Shown here piece by piece: positions 17,345-25,305 of a stretch of 32,000 nucleotides of DNA. Numbering within the stretch: the first letter of the stretch is position 1; every line of letters starts with the position of its first letter. The notes below the pieces were generated by a model that was not told the DNA's origin, did no database searches, and saw nothing but the letters and a program-made list of their open reading frames with translations. Source of the stretch: Nonlabens ponticola (GTDB lineage: Bacteria; Bacteroidota; Bacteroidia; Flavobacteriales; Flavobacteriaceae). The translations under genes were made by a program, and so were the position numbers. The DNA lies in NCBI RefSeq assembly GCF_003966335.1, contig NZ_CP034549.1:120001-152000 (forward strand), written 5' to 3'.

Positions 17345-18079
17345 GTGCCACAAGAAGTTAAACCGTACAACGACGAATCCACTGGAAAGAAGGAACAGGT
17401 CACTAAAATGTTTGATACCATAAGCGGTGAATACGACGGCCTAAATCGTCTTATTTCCCTAGGATTAGATCAAAAATGGCGTGATAATGTGGTCAAACTT
17501 GTTGCTGCACATAAGCCTGAATCCATCATGGATATCGCCACAGGAACTGGTGATCTTGTAATCAAAATGGCTCAAGAAACCAATGCTAAACTATTGGTAG
17601 GTCTTGATATTTCTAGCGGTATGCTGGATGTAGGCAAAGACAAGGTTCTTGATCAAAAGCTAGATGGTCGGGTTGAGATGGTGCTGGGTGACTCTGAAAA
17701 CCTACAGTTTGAAGACGCAACATTTGACGCTATCACCGTATCATATGGTGTGCGCAATTTTGAGAATTTAGAGAAAGGGCTTTCAGAGATTTTAAGGGTA
17801 CTTAAATCTGGCGGAATTCTAGTGATCCTCGAGACGAGTGTACCTAAAAAGTTCCCTTTCAAACAAGGTTATTATGTGTACAGTAATTTAGTAGTACCTA
17901 CTCTAGGTAAATTATTTTCTAAAGACCGTACGGCATATGGTTATCTTTCAAAAAGTGCTTCAAAATTCCCTTATGGCGAGGAATTCAACAATATTTTGAA
18001 GAAAGTAGGGTTTAAAGAAGTAGAAAATCAGTTACAATTTCATGGCGCATCAACCATCTACAAAGCAGTCAAGGCTTAA
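17345..18079 (+). CDS. ubiE: Demethylmenaquinone / ubiquinone-menaquinone biosynthesis C-methyltransferase
   Basis: UbiE/MenG blocks are present: FDTISGEYDGLNRLISLG, the SAM motif DIATGTGDL, and YGVRNFENLEKGLSEILRVLKSGG. The apparent start codon is GTG. Confidence 0.85.
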   Translation: MPQEVKPYNDESTGKKEQVTKMFDTISGEYDGLNRLISLGLDQKWRDNVVKLVAAHKPESIMDIATGTGDLVIKMAQETNAKLLVGLDISSGMLDVGKDKVLDQKLDGRVEMVLGDSENLQFEDATFDAITVSYGVRNFENLEKGLSEILRVLKSGGILVILETSVPKKFPFKQGYYVYSNLVVPTLGKLFSKDRTAYGYLSKSASKFPYGEEFNNILKKVGFKEVENQLQFHGASTIYKAVKA

Positions 18080-18779
18080 CTTTTCATTTCCATTTATTGT
18101 TGGCTGTTTGTTGATATCCAGCACGTGCAGTGCTCAGCTTTTTTCTAAAGAACGCATTGCCAATCTTGAAAACTTCGACAACCAATTTTTGACGTGGGGC
18201 TTTACACTAGGACTTAATTTGTATGATTACAAATTTGACTATACGGAGATCACACCAGAGGTTGCCGTAGCCAAAAATGTTGGGTTCCATGTAGGACTGA
18301 TAGGTGACATGCGCATCAACGATTACTTCAATTTGAGGTTTGAACCTAGTGCAGTTTTTACCAGACGTGATTTATTCTTTCAAGATCCTAGCTTCACCAC
18401 ACCAGAACAGCGATTACGTGAGGTAAATTCAACCTACGTGCACTTGCCTTTACTTCTTAAGGTTTCTACCAAGCGCAAAAACAATTGGAAACCTTTTATT
18501 GTAGGTGGTGTTTCTTACTCTAGAAACTTGTCCAGCAATGAAGAAAATCCAGATGATAATCTGGCTGGGCAGTTCCGTCAGGCGACTGATGTTTTCAATT
18601 ATGAACTAGGATTAGGTGTTGATTTGTACCTATTCTTTTTCAAGTTTACACCATCTATACGCGGTGTTTTTGCGATGAGTGATGAGTTGGTGCAAGACAA
18701 TGATCCCAACAGTCCTTATACTAGCAACATTTCTAGCATGCAGTCAAGAGGTGTGTTTCTCAATTTTTCTTTCCAGTAG
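18042..18779 (+). CDS. porT: PorT/SprT-family outer-membrane beta-barrel protein (type IX secretion associated)
   Basis: A 245-aa protein with a signal-like N-terminus and alternating beta-strand pattern, ending in aromatic ...LNFSFQ. The position immediately after ubiE matches the flavobacterial ubiE-sprT arrangement I recall. Its start overlaps ubiE by 38 nt and no better in-frame start is available. Confidence 0.6.
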   Translation: MAHQPSTKQSRLNFSFPFIVGCLLISSTCSAQLFSKERIANLENFDNQFLTWGFTLGLNLYDYKFDYTEITPEVAVAKNVGFHVGLIGDMRINDYFNLRFEPSAVFTRRDLFFQDPSFTTPEQRLREVNSTYVHLPLLLKVSTKRKNNWKPFIVGGVSYSRNLSSNEENPDDNLAGQFRQATDVFNYELGLGVDLYLFFFKFTPSIRGVFAMSDELVQDNDPNSPYTSNISSMQSRGVFLNFSFQ

Positions 18780-19500
18780 TAGATCGTTTCCATTCTGCTA
18801 ATGTTATAGCCGCTGCGCTGGATACATTTAGGCTTTCAGTAGCGCTGGATGCTGCGCCGTACTGTGGTATGCTTATCGATGTTCCTGTAGCAAATAGTTT
18901 TTCTCTTACTCCATGCGACTCGCTGCCCATCACGATAATGGCTTTTTCAGGCAAAGAAGTATTATAAATAGAGTCGCCATTCATTGCCGTTAAAAATACT
19001 GGCTGTGATGCCTGCTCTAGAAAGTCCTCTAGATCAACAGATATAACGTTCACTCTAGCGAGCGATCCCATTGAGGCCTGCACGCATTTGGGATTATATA
19101 AATCTACCGTATTATGGTCGCAAACTATCGCATCAATGTTAAACCAATCAGCAAGACGGATGATGGTTCCCAGGTTTCCTGGATCCTGTAATTGATCAAG
19201 TGCTAGAATGAGTTGCGCTTCTTGAATATCTGGTTCTTCTTTAAATTTAACAACAGCTAGATATCCTGGTGGCGTATTGAGATTAGAGATGCGTTTCATA
19301 TCCGCAGCTGCAATAACTACAGGATCTAGGTCGTTGAGATAAACAGCATCTTGAGTGGTGAACAAATCGATAATAAAAGCACCTGCATCCTTAAATTCTC
19401 TTATTGATTTATAACCTTCTACCACAAACAATTGATGCTGGTCGCGACCCTTTTTACGAGCTAGGCTTTTGATGAGTTTTATCTTGCTTTTGGTGATCAT
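18760..19500 (-). CDS. TrmH/SpoU-family RNA 2'-O-methyltransferase
   Basis: SpoU motifs are present: LDQLQDPGNLGTIIRLADWFN, IVMGSESHGV and IPQYGAASSATESLNVSSAAAI. The 3' end overlaps porT by 20 nt (convergent). Confidence 0.8.
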   Translation of the reverse strand: MITKSKIKLIKSLARKKGRDQHQLFVVEGYKSIREFKDAGAFIIDLFTTQDAVYLNDLDPVVIAAADMKRISNLNTPPGYLAVVKFKEEPDIQEAQLILALDQLQDPGNLGTIIRLADWFNIDAIVCDHNTVDLYNPKCVQASMGSLARVNVISVDLEDFLEQASQPVFLTAMNGDSIYNTSLPEKAIIVMGSESHGVREKLFATGTSISIPQYGAASSATESLNVSSAAAITLAEWKRSTTGKKN

Positions 19501-19526
19501 ATAATTGTATTTTTGAGCCTCTACCT

Positions 19527-22079
19527 ATGATACACAGACGTCTCCTTGCAAAAATAGGCTTAATTGTCACTCTAGTTTCTATTTGCATAGGTTGCAGCAC
19601 GATCAAACGTGTTCCTAATGGTCAAAAGCTCCTTATTGAAAACGTCATTAAGGTAGATAGCATGAAGCCTAACGACGATCGTGTAGCCACGCTACCTGTT
19701 CAAAAAGCAAATTCAAAATTACTAGGCTATCCATTGAGATTGCATATTTACAATCTTGCTCGACCACATCGTGATTCCATCTACCTCAAGTGGATGCAAA
19801 ACAACCCCAAAGCACTTAAACGCCGCAACGCCATTTTATCAGAAAAGCAGACAATGCAACTAGGAGAAGGTCTTGTAGCATTCAATCAATGGCTGAAACG
19901 TACTGGTGAAGCACCAACTCTAGTTGATGCAGAGCTTGCAGAACGATCTGCAGAGCGATTGCGACAATATTACTGGAATCAAGGATGGTTTAACACAGAG
20001 GTGGATCACAAAATTGTTGATGCAAAACGTAAAAAGCGAGCACGTGTCAAATACTTTGTAGAACGTCACCAGCCATACATAGTGGACAGCCTTACTAGAG
20101 AAATCGCATCGCCATCGCTAGATTCAGTTTATATGGCAAATAAACGGATGACCTTGCTTGAAGAAGGTGTTCAATACAGGACGGCAGACATCAATGCAGA
20201 GCGTAATAGGCTCTATCGACTATTTAGAAACAATGGTGCCTTTTTTATGGAAAAGGAAAATATCAAGTTTGAAGGCGATACCGTAGGAACAGATCAAAAG
20301 GCCAATATCAGACTACTAATTGGTGATCAAGAGATAAAAGTTGCAGACTCGATTGTTTCAAAACCGTTTAAGTTACATACCATAAGTAAAGTAAACATCA
20401 TCCCTGATTATGAAACTAATTTTGAAGATGTAGTTCCAGATACGACCGTGTATAAGAATTACAATATTATACGATATCAACCTAAAAAATATAAAAACAG
20501 ACCGCTGGCTGACGCCATCTTTTTTGAGCCTGGCAATCTATATCGTGACATAGATCGCGATCGTACCTACAAACGCATAACGGAACTCAACAGCTTTCTC
20601 TATCCTGCAATTACTTATGAAATAGATCCTGATGACCCAACAGGTGAGGACCTGATTGCTAACGTCCTTTTGACATCAAAGAAAAAGTATAACCTAGTTT
20701 TCGGTACCGAAGGATCACACAGTAACATACAGACTTTTGGTATAGGGCTTAATACATCCTTGCTTATTAGAAATATCTTCCGTGGCAGTGAATTGCTGGA
20801 TATAAGCTTTAGAGGAAACATAGGAGCCAGTTCTAATAATGCCACTGGCGATTCTAGGTTTTTTGACTTACAAGAGATAGGTGCTGATGCACGATTGATA
20901 TTCCCTAGATTTTTCTTCCCTCTAGAAACTGATGGCGTGATCCCAAAATTCATGTCACCTAGTACAGAATTGTCTCTAGGTTTCTTTAAGCAAACCAATA
21001 TTGGACTCGATAGACAAAGTGTCAATGGCGCGCTAAGTTATAGGTGGCAACAAACTCCCATAAAAAGTACACGATTTGATCTAATTAATGCTCAATACGT
21101 GCGCAACCTTGATCCGCAAGACTTCTTCAACGTTTATAGAAGTAGTTATAGCAGCCTTAATGATATTGCCAATGATCTTGATCTTATGGATGCAAGATAT
21201 GTGAACGAGGAAAATGACTTGACGGTACCACTAGGAACTAACAACTTCATTAACGATGCAATCAGCGGCAACCTAGATGTAGATAACAACCAACAGGAAA
21301 CCATAAGAAACATTAGAGAGCGACGCGATCGATTAGTTCAAAACAACCTCATCATCGCTAGTAGTTATAATTGGATACGCAATAATCGTCAGGGAATTTA
21401 TGACGAGGATTTCTCACGAATTAGCTTAAGATTAGAGAGTGCTGGTAATCTAATTGCAGGCGTTTCTAGTTTGATAGGTATTGATGAAAATGCTGATGGT
21501 CAGCGTCGCGTTTTTGGTGTAGAATTCTCTCAGTATCTCAAACCAGAAGTTGAGTACATAAAACACTGGCAATATACCAATGGACATGTTTTTGCGATCA
21601 AAGCTTTTGGTGGCGTGGCGATCCCTTATGGAAATTCTGACAACATACCGTTCATACGCAGCTTTTTTGCTGGTGGACCTAATGATAATCGAGCATGGCA
21701 AGCTTATGAATTAGGTCCTGGAAGTACTGGTGGTCTCAATGACTTTAATGTTGCTAACATGAAATTAGCCTTTAATGCCGAATACAGATTCCCATTAGCC
21801 GGCGCATTCAAGGGTGCTGTATTTACTGATATAGGGAACATATGGAATGTCCTAGACAGTGAAGAAGATCCAGATGCAGTCTTTAATGAATTTACAGATC
21901 TACAATATATCGCGATAGGAACTGGTCTGGGAATACGATACGATTTTGGTTTTTTTGTGCTGCGATTTGATGTAGGATTTAAAACCTACAATCCAGCTCT
22001 CGAGCCAGGCAATCGATGGTTCCGTGAGGTTAATTTCTCTGATTCTGTGTTCAATGTGGGTATCAACTATCCGTTTTAA
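19527..22079 (+). CDS. Omp85-superfamily (BamA/TamA-family) outer membrane protein
   Basis: An 850-aa protein with a lipoprotein-like signal (LVSICIGCS). The C-terminal beta-barrel carries the Omp85-type motif FFAGGPNDNRAWQ and ends in an aromatic terminus ...GINYPF. Confidence 0.75.
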   Translation: MIHRRLLAKIGLIVTLVSICIGCSTIKRVPNGQKLLIENVIKVDSMKPNDDRVATLPVQKANSKLLGYPLRLHIYNLARPHRDSIYLKWMQNNPKALKRRNAILSEKQTMQLGEGLVAFNQWLKRTGEAPTLVDAELAERSAERLRQYYWNQGWFNTEVDHKIVDAKRKKRARVKYFVERHQPYIVDSLTREIASPSLDSVYMANKRMTLLEEGVQYRTADINAERNRLYRLFRNNGAFFMEKENIKFEGDTVGTDQKANIRLLIGDQEIKVADSIVSKPFKLHTISKVNIIPDYETNFEDVVPDTTVYKNYNIIRYQPKKYKNRPLADAIFFEPGNLYRDIDRDRTYKRITELNSFLYPAITYEIDPDDPTGEDLIANVLLTSKKKYNLVFGTEGSHSNIQTFGIGLNTSLLIRNIFRGSELLDISFRGNIGASSNNATGDSRFFDLQEIGADARLIFPRFFFPLETDGVIPKFMSPSTELSLGFFKQTNIGLDRQSVNGALSYRWQQTPIKSTRFDLINAQYVRNLDPQDFFNVYRSSYSSLNDIANDLDLMDARYVNEENDLTVPLGTNNFINDAISGNLDVDNNQQETIRNIRERRDRLVQNNLIIASSYNWIRNNRQGIYDEDFSRISLRLESAGNLIAGVSSLIGIDENADGQRRVFGVEFSQYLKPEVEYIKHWQYTNGHVFAIKAFGGVAIPYGNSDNIPFIRSFFAGGPNDNRAWQAYELGPGSTGGLNDFNVANMKLAFNAEYRFPLAGAFKGAVFTDIGNIWNVLDSEEDPDAVFNEFTDLQYIAIGTGLGIRYDFGFFVLRFDVGFKTYNPALEPGNRWFREVNFSDSVFNVGINYPF

Positions 22080-22107
22080 TCTGCCGTTCCCGCAATTGTA
22101 TTTTCCT

Positions 22108-22115
22108 TACTTTTG
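22108..22115 (+). promoter_or_regulatory. Candidate -7 box (TActTTTG) for fbaA
   Basis: tacttttg matches TAnnTTTG and lies 21 nt upstream of the ATG at 22137. There is no clear -33 element. Confidence 0.3.
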
Positions 22116-22136
22116 TTAGTCCAACATTAGAAAAAT

Positions 22137-23204
22137 ATGAGTCACAATATCAAACCAGGTGTTGCCACAGGCGACCAAGTTCAAGAAATATTTAACCATG
22201 CCAAAGCCAATGGCTACGCGCTACCGGCAGTTAACGTCGTGGGATCTAATACGATTAATGCGGTATTGGAAACAGCGGCAGAACTTAACTCACCTGTTAT
22301 AATCCAATTCTCAAATGGCGGCTCACAGTTCAATGCTGGAAAAGGCTTAAGCAATGAGGATCAAAAAGCAGCCATATTAGGCGGCGTTGCTGGTGCAAAA
22401 CACGTTCATCAACTAGCCGTAGCTTATGGTGCTACCGTGATACTACATACCGATCACTGTGCAAAACCACTACTGCCGTGGATTGATGGTTTATTAGATG
22501 CAAGTGAAGCACGCTTTCGCGAAAGCGGAAAACCACTCTATTCTTCACACATGATTGACTTGAGTGAAGAACCGCTAGAAGAGAACATCGAGATATGCAA
22601 GAAGTACCTAGAGCGTATGTCCAAAATGGATATGACCCTAGAAATAGAGCTAGGCATCACTGGTGGTGAAGAAGATGGAGTCGATAATAGCGATGTTGAT
22701 GAGTCAAAATTATATACGCAGCCAGAAGAAGTAGCTTATGCTTATGAAGAGTTAAGCAAGGTGAGTGATAAATTCACGATCGCCGCAGCCTTTGGTAATG
22801 TACACGGTGTTTACAAACCAGGTAATGTGAAGTTGACGCCTAAAATCTTGAAAAACTCACAAGAATACGTGACTAAAAAATATGGTGTTGAAGAAAATCA
22901 TATTGATTTTGTCTTTCACGGTGGTTCCGGTTCTACCCTAGAAGAGATACGTGAAGCCATAGGATACGGTGTCATCAAAATGAACATCGATACAGATCTA
23001 CAGTGGGCTTTTGCCACCGGTATTAAAGGCTATATGGACAAGAATGATGATTTCCTGCAGTCACAAATAGGAAACAGCACAGGTCCAGATTCACCTAACA
23101 AAAAGTATTATGACCCACGCAAGTGGTTGCGTGTAGGAGAAGAATCATTCAAGGCGCGCTTGAAGCAGGCTTTTGAAGATTTGAATAATGTAAATACACT
23201 TTAA
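22137..23204 (+). CDS. fbaA: Class II fructose-1,6-bisphosphate aldolase
   Basis: It is near-colinear with enterobacterial FbaA as I remember it: HTDHCAKPLLPWIDGLLDA, SSHMIDLSEE, LEIELGITGGEEDGVDN, FGNVHGVYKPGNV, FVFHGGSGS, NKKYYDPR. Confidence 0.95.
   Translation: MSHNIKPGVATGDQVQEIFNHAKANGYALPAVNVVGSNTINAVLETAAELNSPVIIQFSNGGSQFNAGKGLSNEDQKAAILGGVAGAKHVHQLAVAYGATVILHTDHCAKPLLPWIDGLLDASEARFRESGKPLYSSHMIDLSEEPLEENIEICKKYLERMSKMDMTLEIELGITGGEEDGVDNSDVDESKLYTQPEEVAYAYEELSKVSDKFTIAAAFGNVHGVYKPGNVKLTPKILKNSQEYVTKKYGVEENHIDFVFHGGSGSTLEEIREAIGYGVIKMNIDTDLQWAFATGIKGYMDKNDDFLQSQIGNSTGPDSPNKKYYDPRKWLRVGEESFKARLKQAFEDLNNVNTL
22512..22527. repeat. Palindromic repeat, copy 6 (16/16), inside fbaA
   Basis: Exact 16-mer, translated as A-R-F-R-E-S-G within FbaA. 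Confidence 0.95.
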
Positions 23205-23205
23205 T

Positions 23206-23233
23206 AATTCTGAATTCCAGATTCAGAATTTTC
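23206..23233 (+). terminator. Weak AT-rich hairpin terminator after fbaA
   Basis: The stem pairs aattctgaat (23206..23215) with attcagaatt (23221..23230) around the loop tccag, then a short T-run. The stem is AT-rich, so function is uncertain. Confidence 0.4.
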
Positions 23234-23252
23234 ACAACTCATAACTTACAAT

Positions 23253-24116
23253 ATGTCTTGGTTCAAAAGAGAAAAGAAGGGAATAACAACGCCTACAGAG
23301 GCAAAGAAAGATACACCTAAAGGACTTTGGTACAAATCTCCAACTGGTAAGATTGTAGATGCAGAGCAGCTCAAGAACAACTTTTATGTGAGCCCAGAAG
23401 ATGGTTATCATGTACGTATAGGTAGTAAGGAATACTTTGAAATCCTTTTTGATGACAACAAATTGAAGGAGCTCAATCCCAATTTGACATCCAAGGATCC
23501 ATTAAAATTTGAGGATTCAAAAAAGTATGTGGATCGCCTAGAAGAAGCGCAGAAAAAAACAGGACTTAAAGATGCTGTGCGTACTGCCGTAGGTAAATCA
23601 AATGGTAATGACCTCGTTGTTGCCTGTATGGATTTTGCCTTTATCGGTGGTTCTATGGGTAGCGTTGTAGGCGAGAAAATAGCACGTGCTGCAGATTATT
23701 CCTTGAAACACAAGATTCCATTCATGATTATCTCAAAATCTGGTGGTGCTCGTATGATGGAAGCAGCCCTATCCCTAATGCAATTAGCAAAAACTAGTGC
23801 AAAGCTTGCACAGTTATCAGATGCTGGAATTCCATATATCTCACTTTGTACAGATCCTACAACTGGTGGTACAACCGCATCTTTTGCGATGTTAGGTGAC
23901 ATTAATATCGGTGAGCCAGGCGCTTTGATCGCCTTTGCAGGACCGCGCGTGGTGCGCGACACAACAGGTAAGGAATTACCAGAAGGTTTCCAGACGGCAG
24001 AATTCCTTCTTGAAAAAGGATTTTTGGACTTTATCGTTCCTAGACCACAATTGAAGCAAAGAGTCAATCAATATCTTGATTTAATTCTCAATAGAAAAAT
24101 TGAGGTAGTCGTGTAA
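23253..24116 (+). CDS. accD: Acetyl-CoA carboxylase carboxyltransferase subunit beta
   Basis: MSWFKRE N-terminus, [35 protein letters not shown] and AFAGPRVV are all present. The N-terminal Cys4 zinc ribbon is absent (see findings). Confidence 0.9.
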   Translation: MSWFKREKKGITTPTEAKKDTPKGLWYKSPTGKIVDAEQLKNNFYVSPEDGYHVRIGSKEYFEILFDDNKLKELNPNLTSKDPLKFEDSKKYVDRLEEAQKKTGLKDAVRTAVGKSNGNDLVVACMDFAFIGGSMGSVVGEKIARAADYSLKHKIPFMIISKSGGARMMEAALSLMQLAKTSAKLAQLSDAGIPYISLCTDPTTGGTTASFAMLGDINIGEPGALIAFAGPRVVRDTTGKELPEGFQTAEFLLEKGFLDFIVPRPQLKQRVNQYLDLILNRKIEVVV

Positions 24117-24125
24117 TGACTTCCA

Positions 24126-24229
24126 ATGCCTGTTCGAGCGTAGTCGAGAATTATTTACGAGCATTGAACATAGAGTATTGAGCATAGTAAATCAGGCGTT
24201 TACCATGCCTGTTCGAGCGTAGTCGAGAA
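24126..24229 (+). repeat. Two direct copies of a 25-bp element ATGCCTGTTCGAGCGTAGTCGAGAA
   Basis: The exact 25-mer occurs at 24126..24150 and 24205..24229, separated by 54 bp, just downstream of the accD stop. Confidence 0.9.
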
Positions 24230-24322
24230 CTGCATCTTAGACACATAATTGACTGTTTTTTCTCAATTCACAAAATTTTGAAGCAACTATCGTTACATAA
24301 TGTCGTCTGTTAATAAACAAGT

Positions 24323-24697
24323 ATGAACAAAGTTGTTTACTTCCTTATCCTGATTGTCACAGCGGCAGCCTGCTCCAGCGATGATGATAATCCATCAGTC
24401 GCTGCTGATTTAGATGGCAGTTGGAAACTAATAAGATCTTGTGGTGGTTTTACTGGTGGTTGTAGTCCAGCAGATCCAAATAATGAAGAGATTATTTCAT
24501 TTTTAAACGGAATGGATTATACCGTGACGCGTAATGGTTCAATAGAGATCCAAACCACTTATGAAGTAGTTGGTGATACTAACAATGTGTTTAAAATAAA
24601 CCTGGGAAATGGAATAAGCTATGATTGCAGGTTCACTGATAGCAAACTCATTTATTTAGACAACATGTCTATGGAGTACAGCAAAGTAGACGACTGA
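24323..24697 (+). CDS. Small lipoprotein, function unknown
   Basis: A 124-aa protein with a lipobox-like signal LIVTAAACSSDDD. I recognise no family. Confidence 0.6.
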   Translation: MNKVVYFLILIVTAAACSSDDDNPSVAADLDGSWKLIRSCGGFTGGCSPADPNNEEIISFLNGMDYTVTRNGSIEIQTTYEVVGDTNNVFKINLGNGISYDCRFTDSKLIYLDNMSMEYSKVDD

Positions 24698-24724
24698 ACT
24701 CTCTAATATAATTCTCTTTTTCAA

Positions 24725-24753
24725 TTTGTTTTTATTTATAAACTGTATCTTTG
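24725..24753 (+). promoter_or_regulatory. Candidate Bacteroidota sigma-A promoter of rpsO (-33 TTTG, -7 TAtcTTTG)
   Basis: TTTG at 24725..24728 is followed by a 17-nt spacer and TATCTTTG at 24746..24753. This predicts a 5' leader of about 70 nt before the rpsO ATG at 24832. Confidence 0.45.
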
Positions 24754-24831
24754 CAGCCGCTTAGAGATTGATTCTCAAGGCATCGTCAGAGAGACTGACA
24801 TACATAATATTCATTATAAAATAATTTTGGC

Positions 24832-25101
24832 ATGTATCTAGCACCAGAAAAAAAAGCTGAAATCTTCGCAAAATATGGGAAGTCAGCAAATGACACAGGT
24901 AACACTGACGCGCAAATCGCATTGTTTACCTACCGTATCAACCACTTGACACAACACCTCAAGAACAACCGCCACGACTACAATACCGAGCGTAGCCTTG
25001 TAAAATTAGTAGGAAAGCGTCGTTCGCTTCTTGATTACAAGATGAGAAAAGATATTGTTGCTTATCGTGAGTTGATTAAGGAACTAGGAATTAGAAAGTA
25101 A
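24832..25101 (+). CDS. rpsO: 30S ribosomal protein S15
   Basis: An 89-aa protein with GNTDAQIALFTYRINHLTQHLKNNRHDYNTERSLVKLVGKRRSLLDY, upstream of pnp as in most bacteria. Confidence 0.95.
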   Translation: MYLAPEKKAEIFAKYGKSANDTGNTDAQIALFTYRINHLTQHLKNNRHDYNTERSLVKLVGKRRSLLDYKMRKDIVAYRELIKELGIRK

Positions 25102-25107
25102 AAAAAT

Positions 25108-25131
25108 GGGGACCGCGTGTCCCCTTTTTTA
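25108..25131 (+). terminator. Rho-independent terminator/attenuator after rpsO
   Basis: The stem pairs ggggac (25108..25113) with gtcccc (25119..25124) around a 5-nt loop, followed by tttttt. Confidence 0.8.
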
Positions 25132-25190
25132 GTTTTAGACAAGTCTTACGACTACTCTTTAGAATATACGCCCCACGAGGTTTATCGTGA

Positions 25191-25212
25191 TTACGCTTTC
25201 GCGAAAGCGTAA
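25191..25212. repeat. Palindromic repeat, copy 7 (16/16, extended to the 22-bp palindrome TTACGCTTTCGCGAAAGCGTAA)
   Basis: The exact 16-mer is at 25194..25209, with complementary TTA/TAA flanks. It lies in the rpsO-pnp intergenic region, 96 nt upstream of the pnp ATG. Confidence 0.95.
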
Positions 25213-25305
25213 CAAAAACAACTATCGCAACAACAAAAGCTGGTTTCTCACTGAGTAAACGCCTTCTCTACCACACACAACTTGAGATAACGTTTAAATT
25301 AAACT

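Noticed and set aside
18042-18079. The 38-nt overlap of porT with ubiE as evidence for a mis-called start or a frameshift.
   Set aside because: No alternative in-frame ATG, GTG or TTG would preserve a signal peptide. The overlap is compatible with translational coupling, so the start is left at 18042 with reduced confidence.
24126-24229. Possible minimal CRISPR array (two identical 25-bp repeats).
   Set aside because: There are only two copies. The 54-bp spacer contains self-similar sequence. No cas genes or leader are present. It is better described as a short dispersed or duplicated element.
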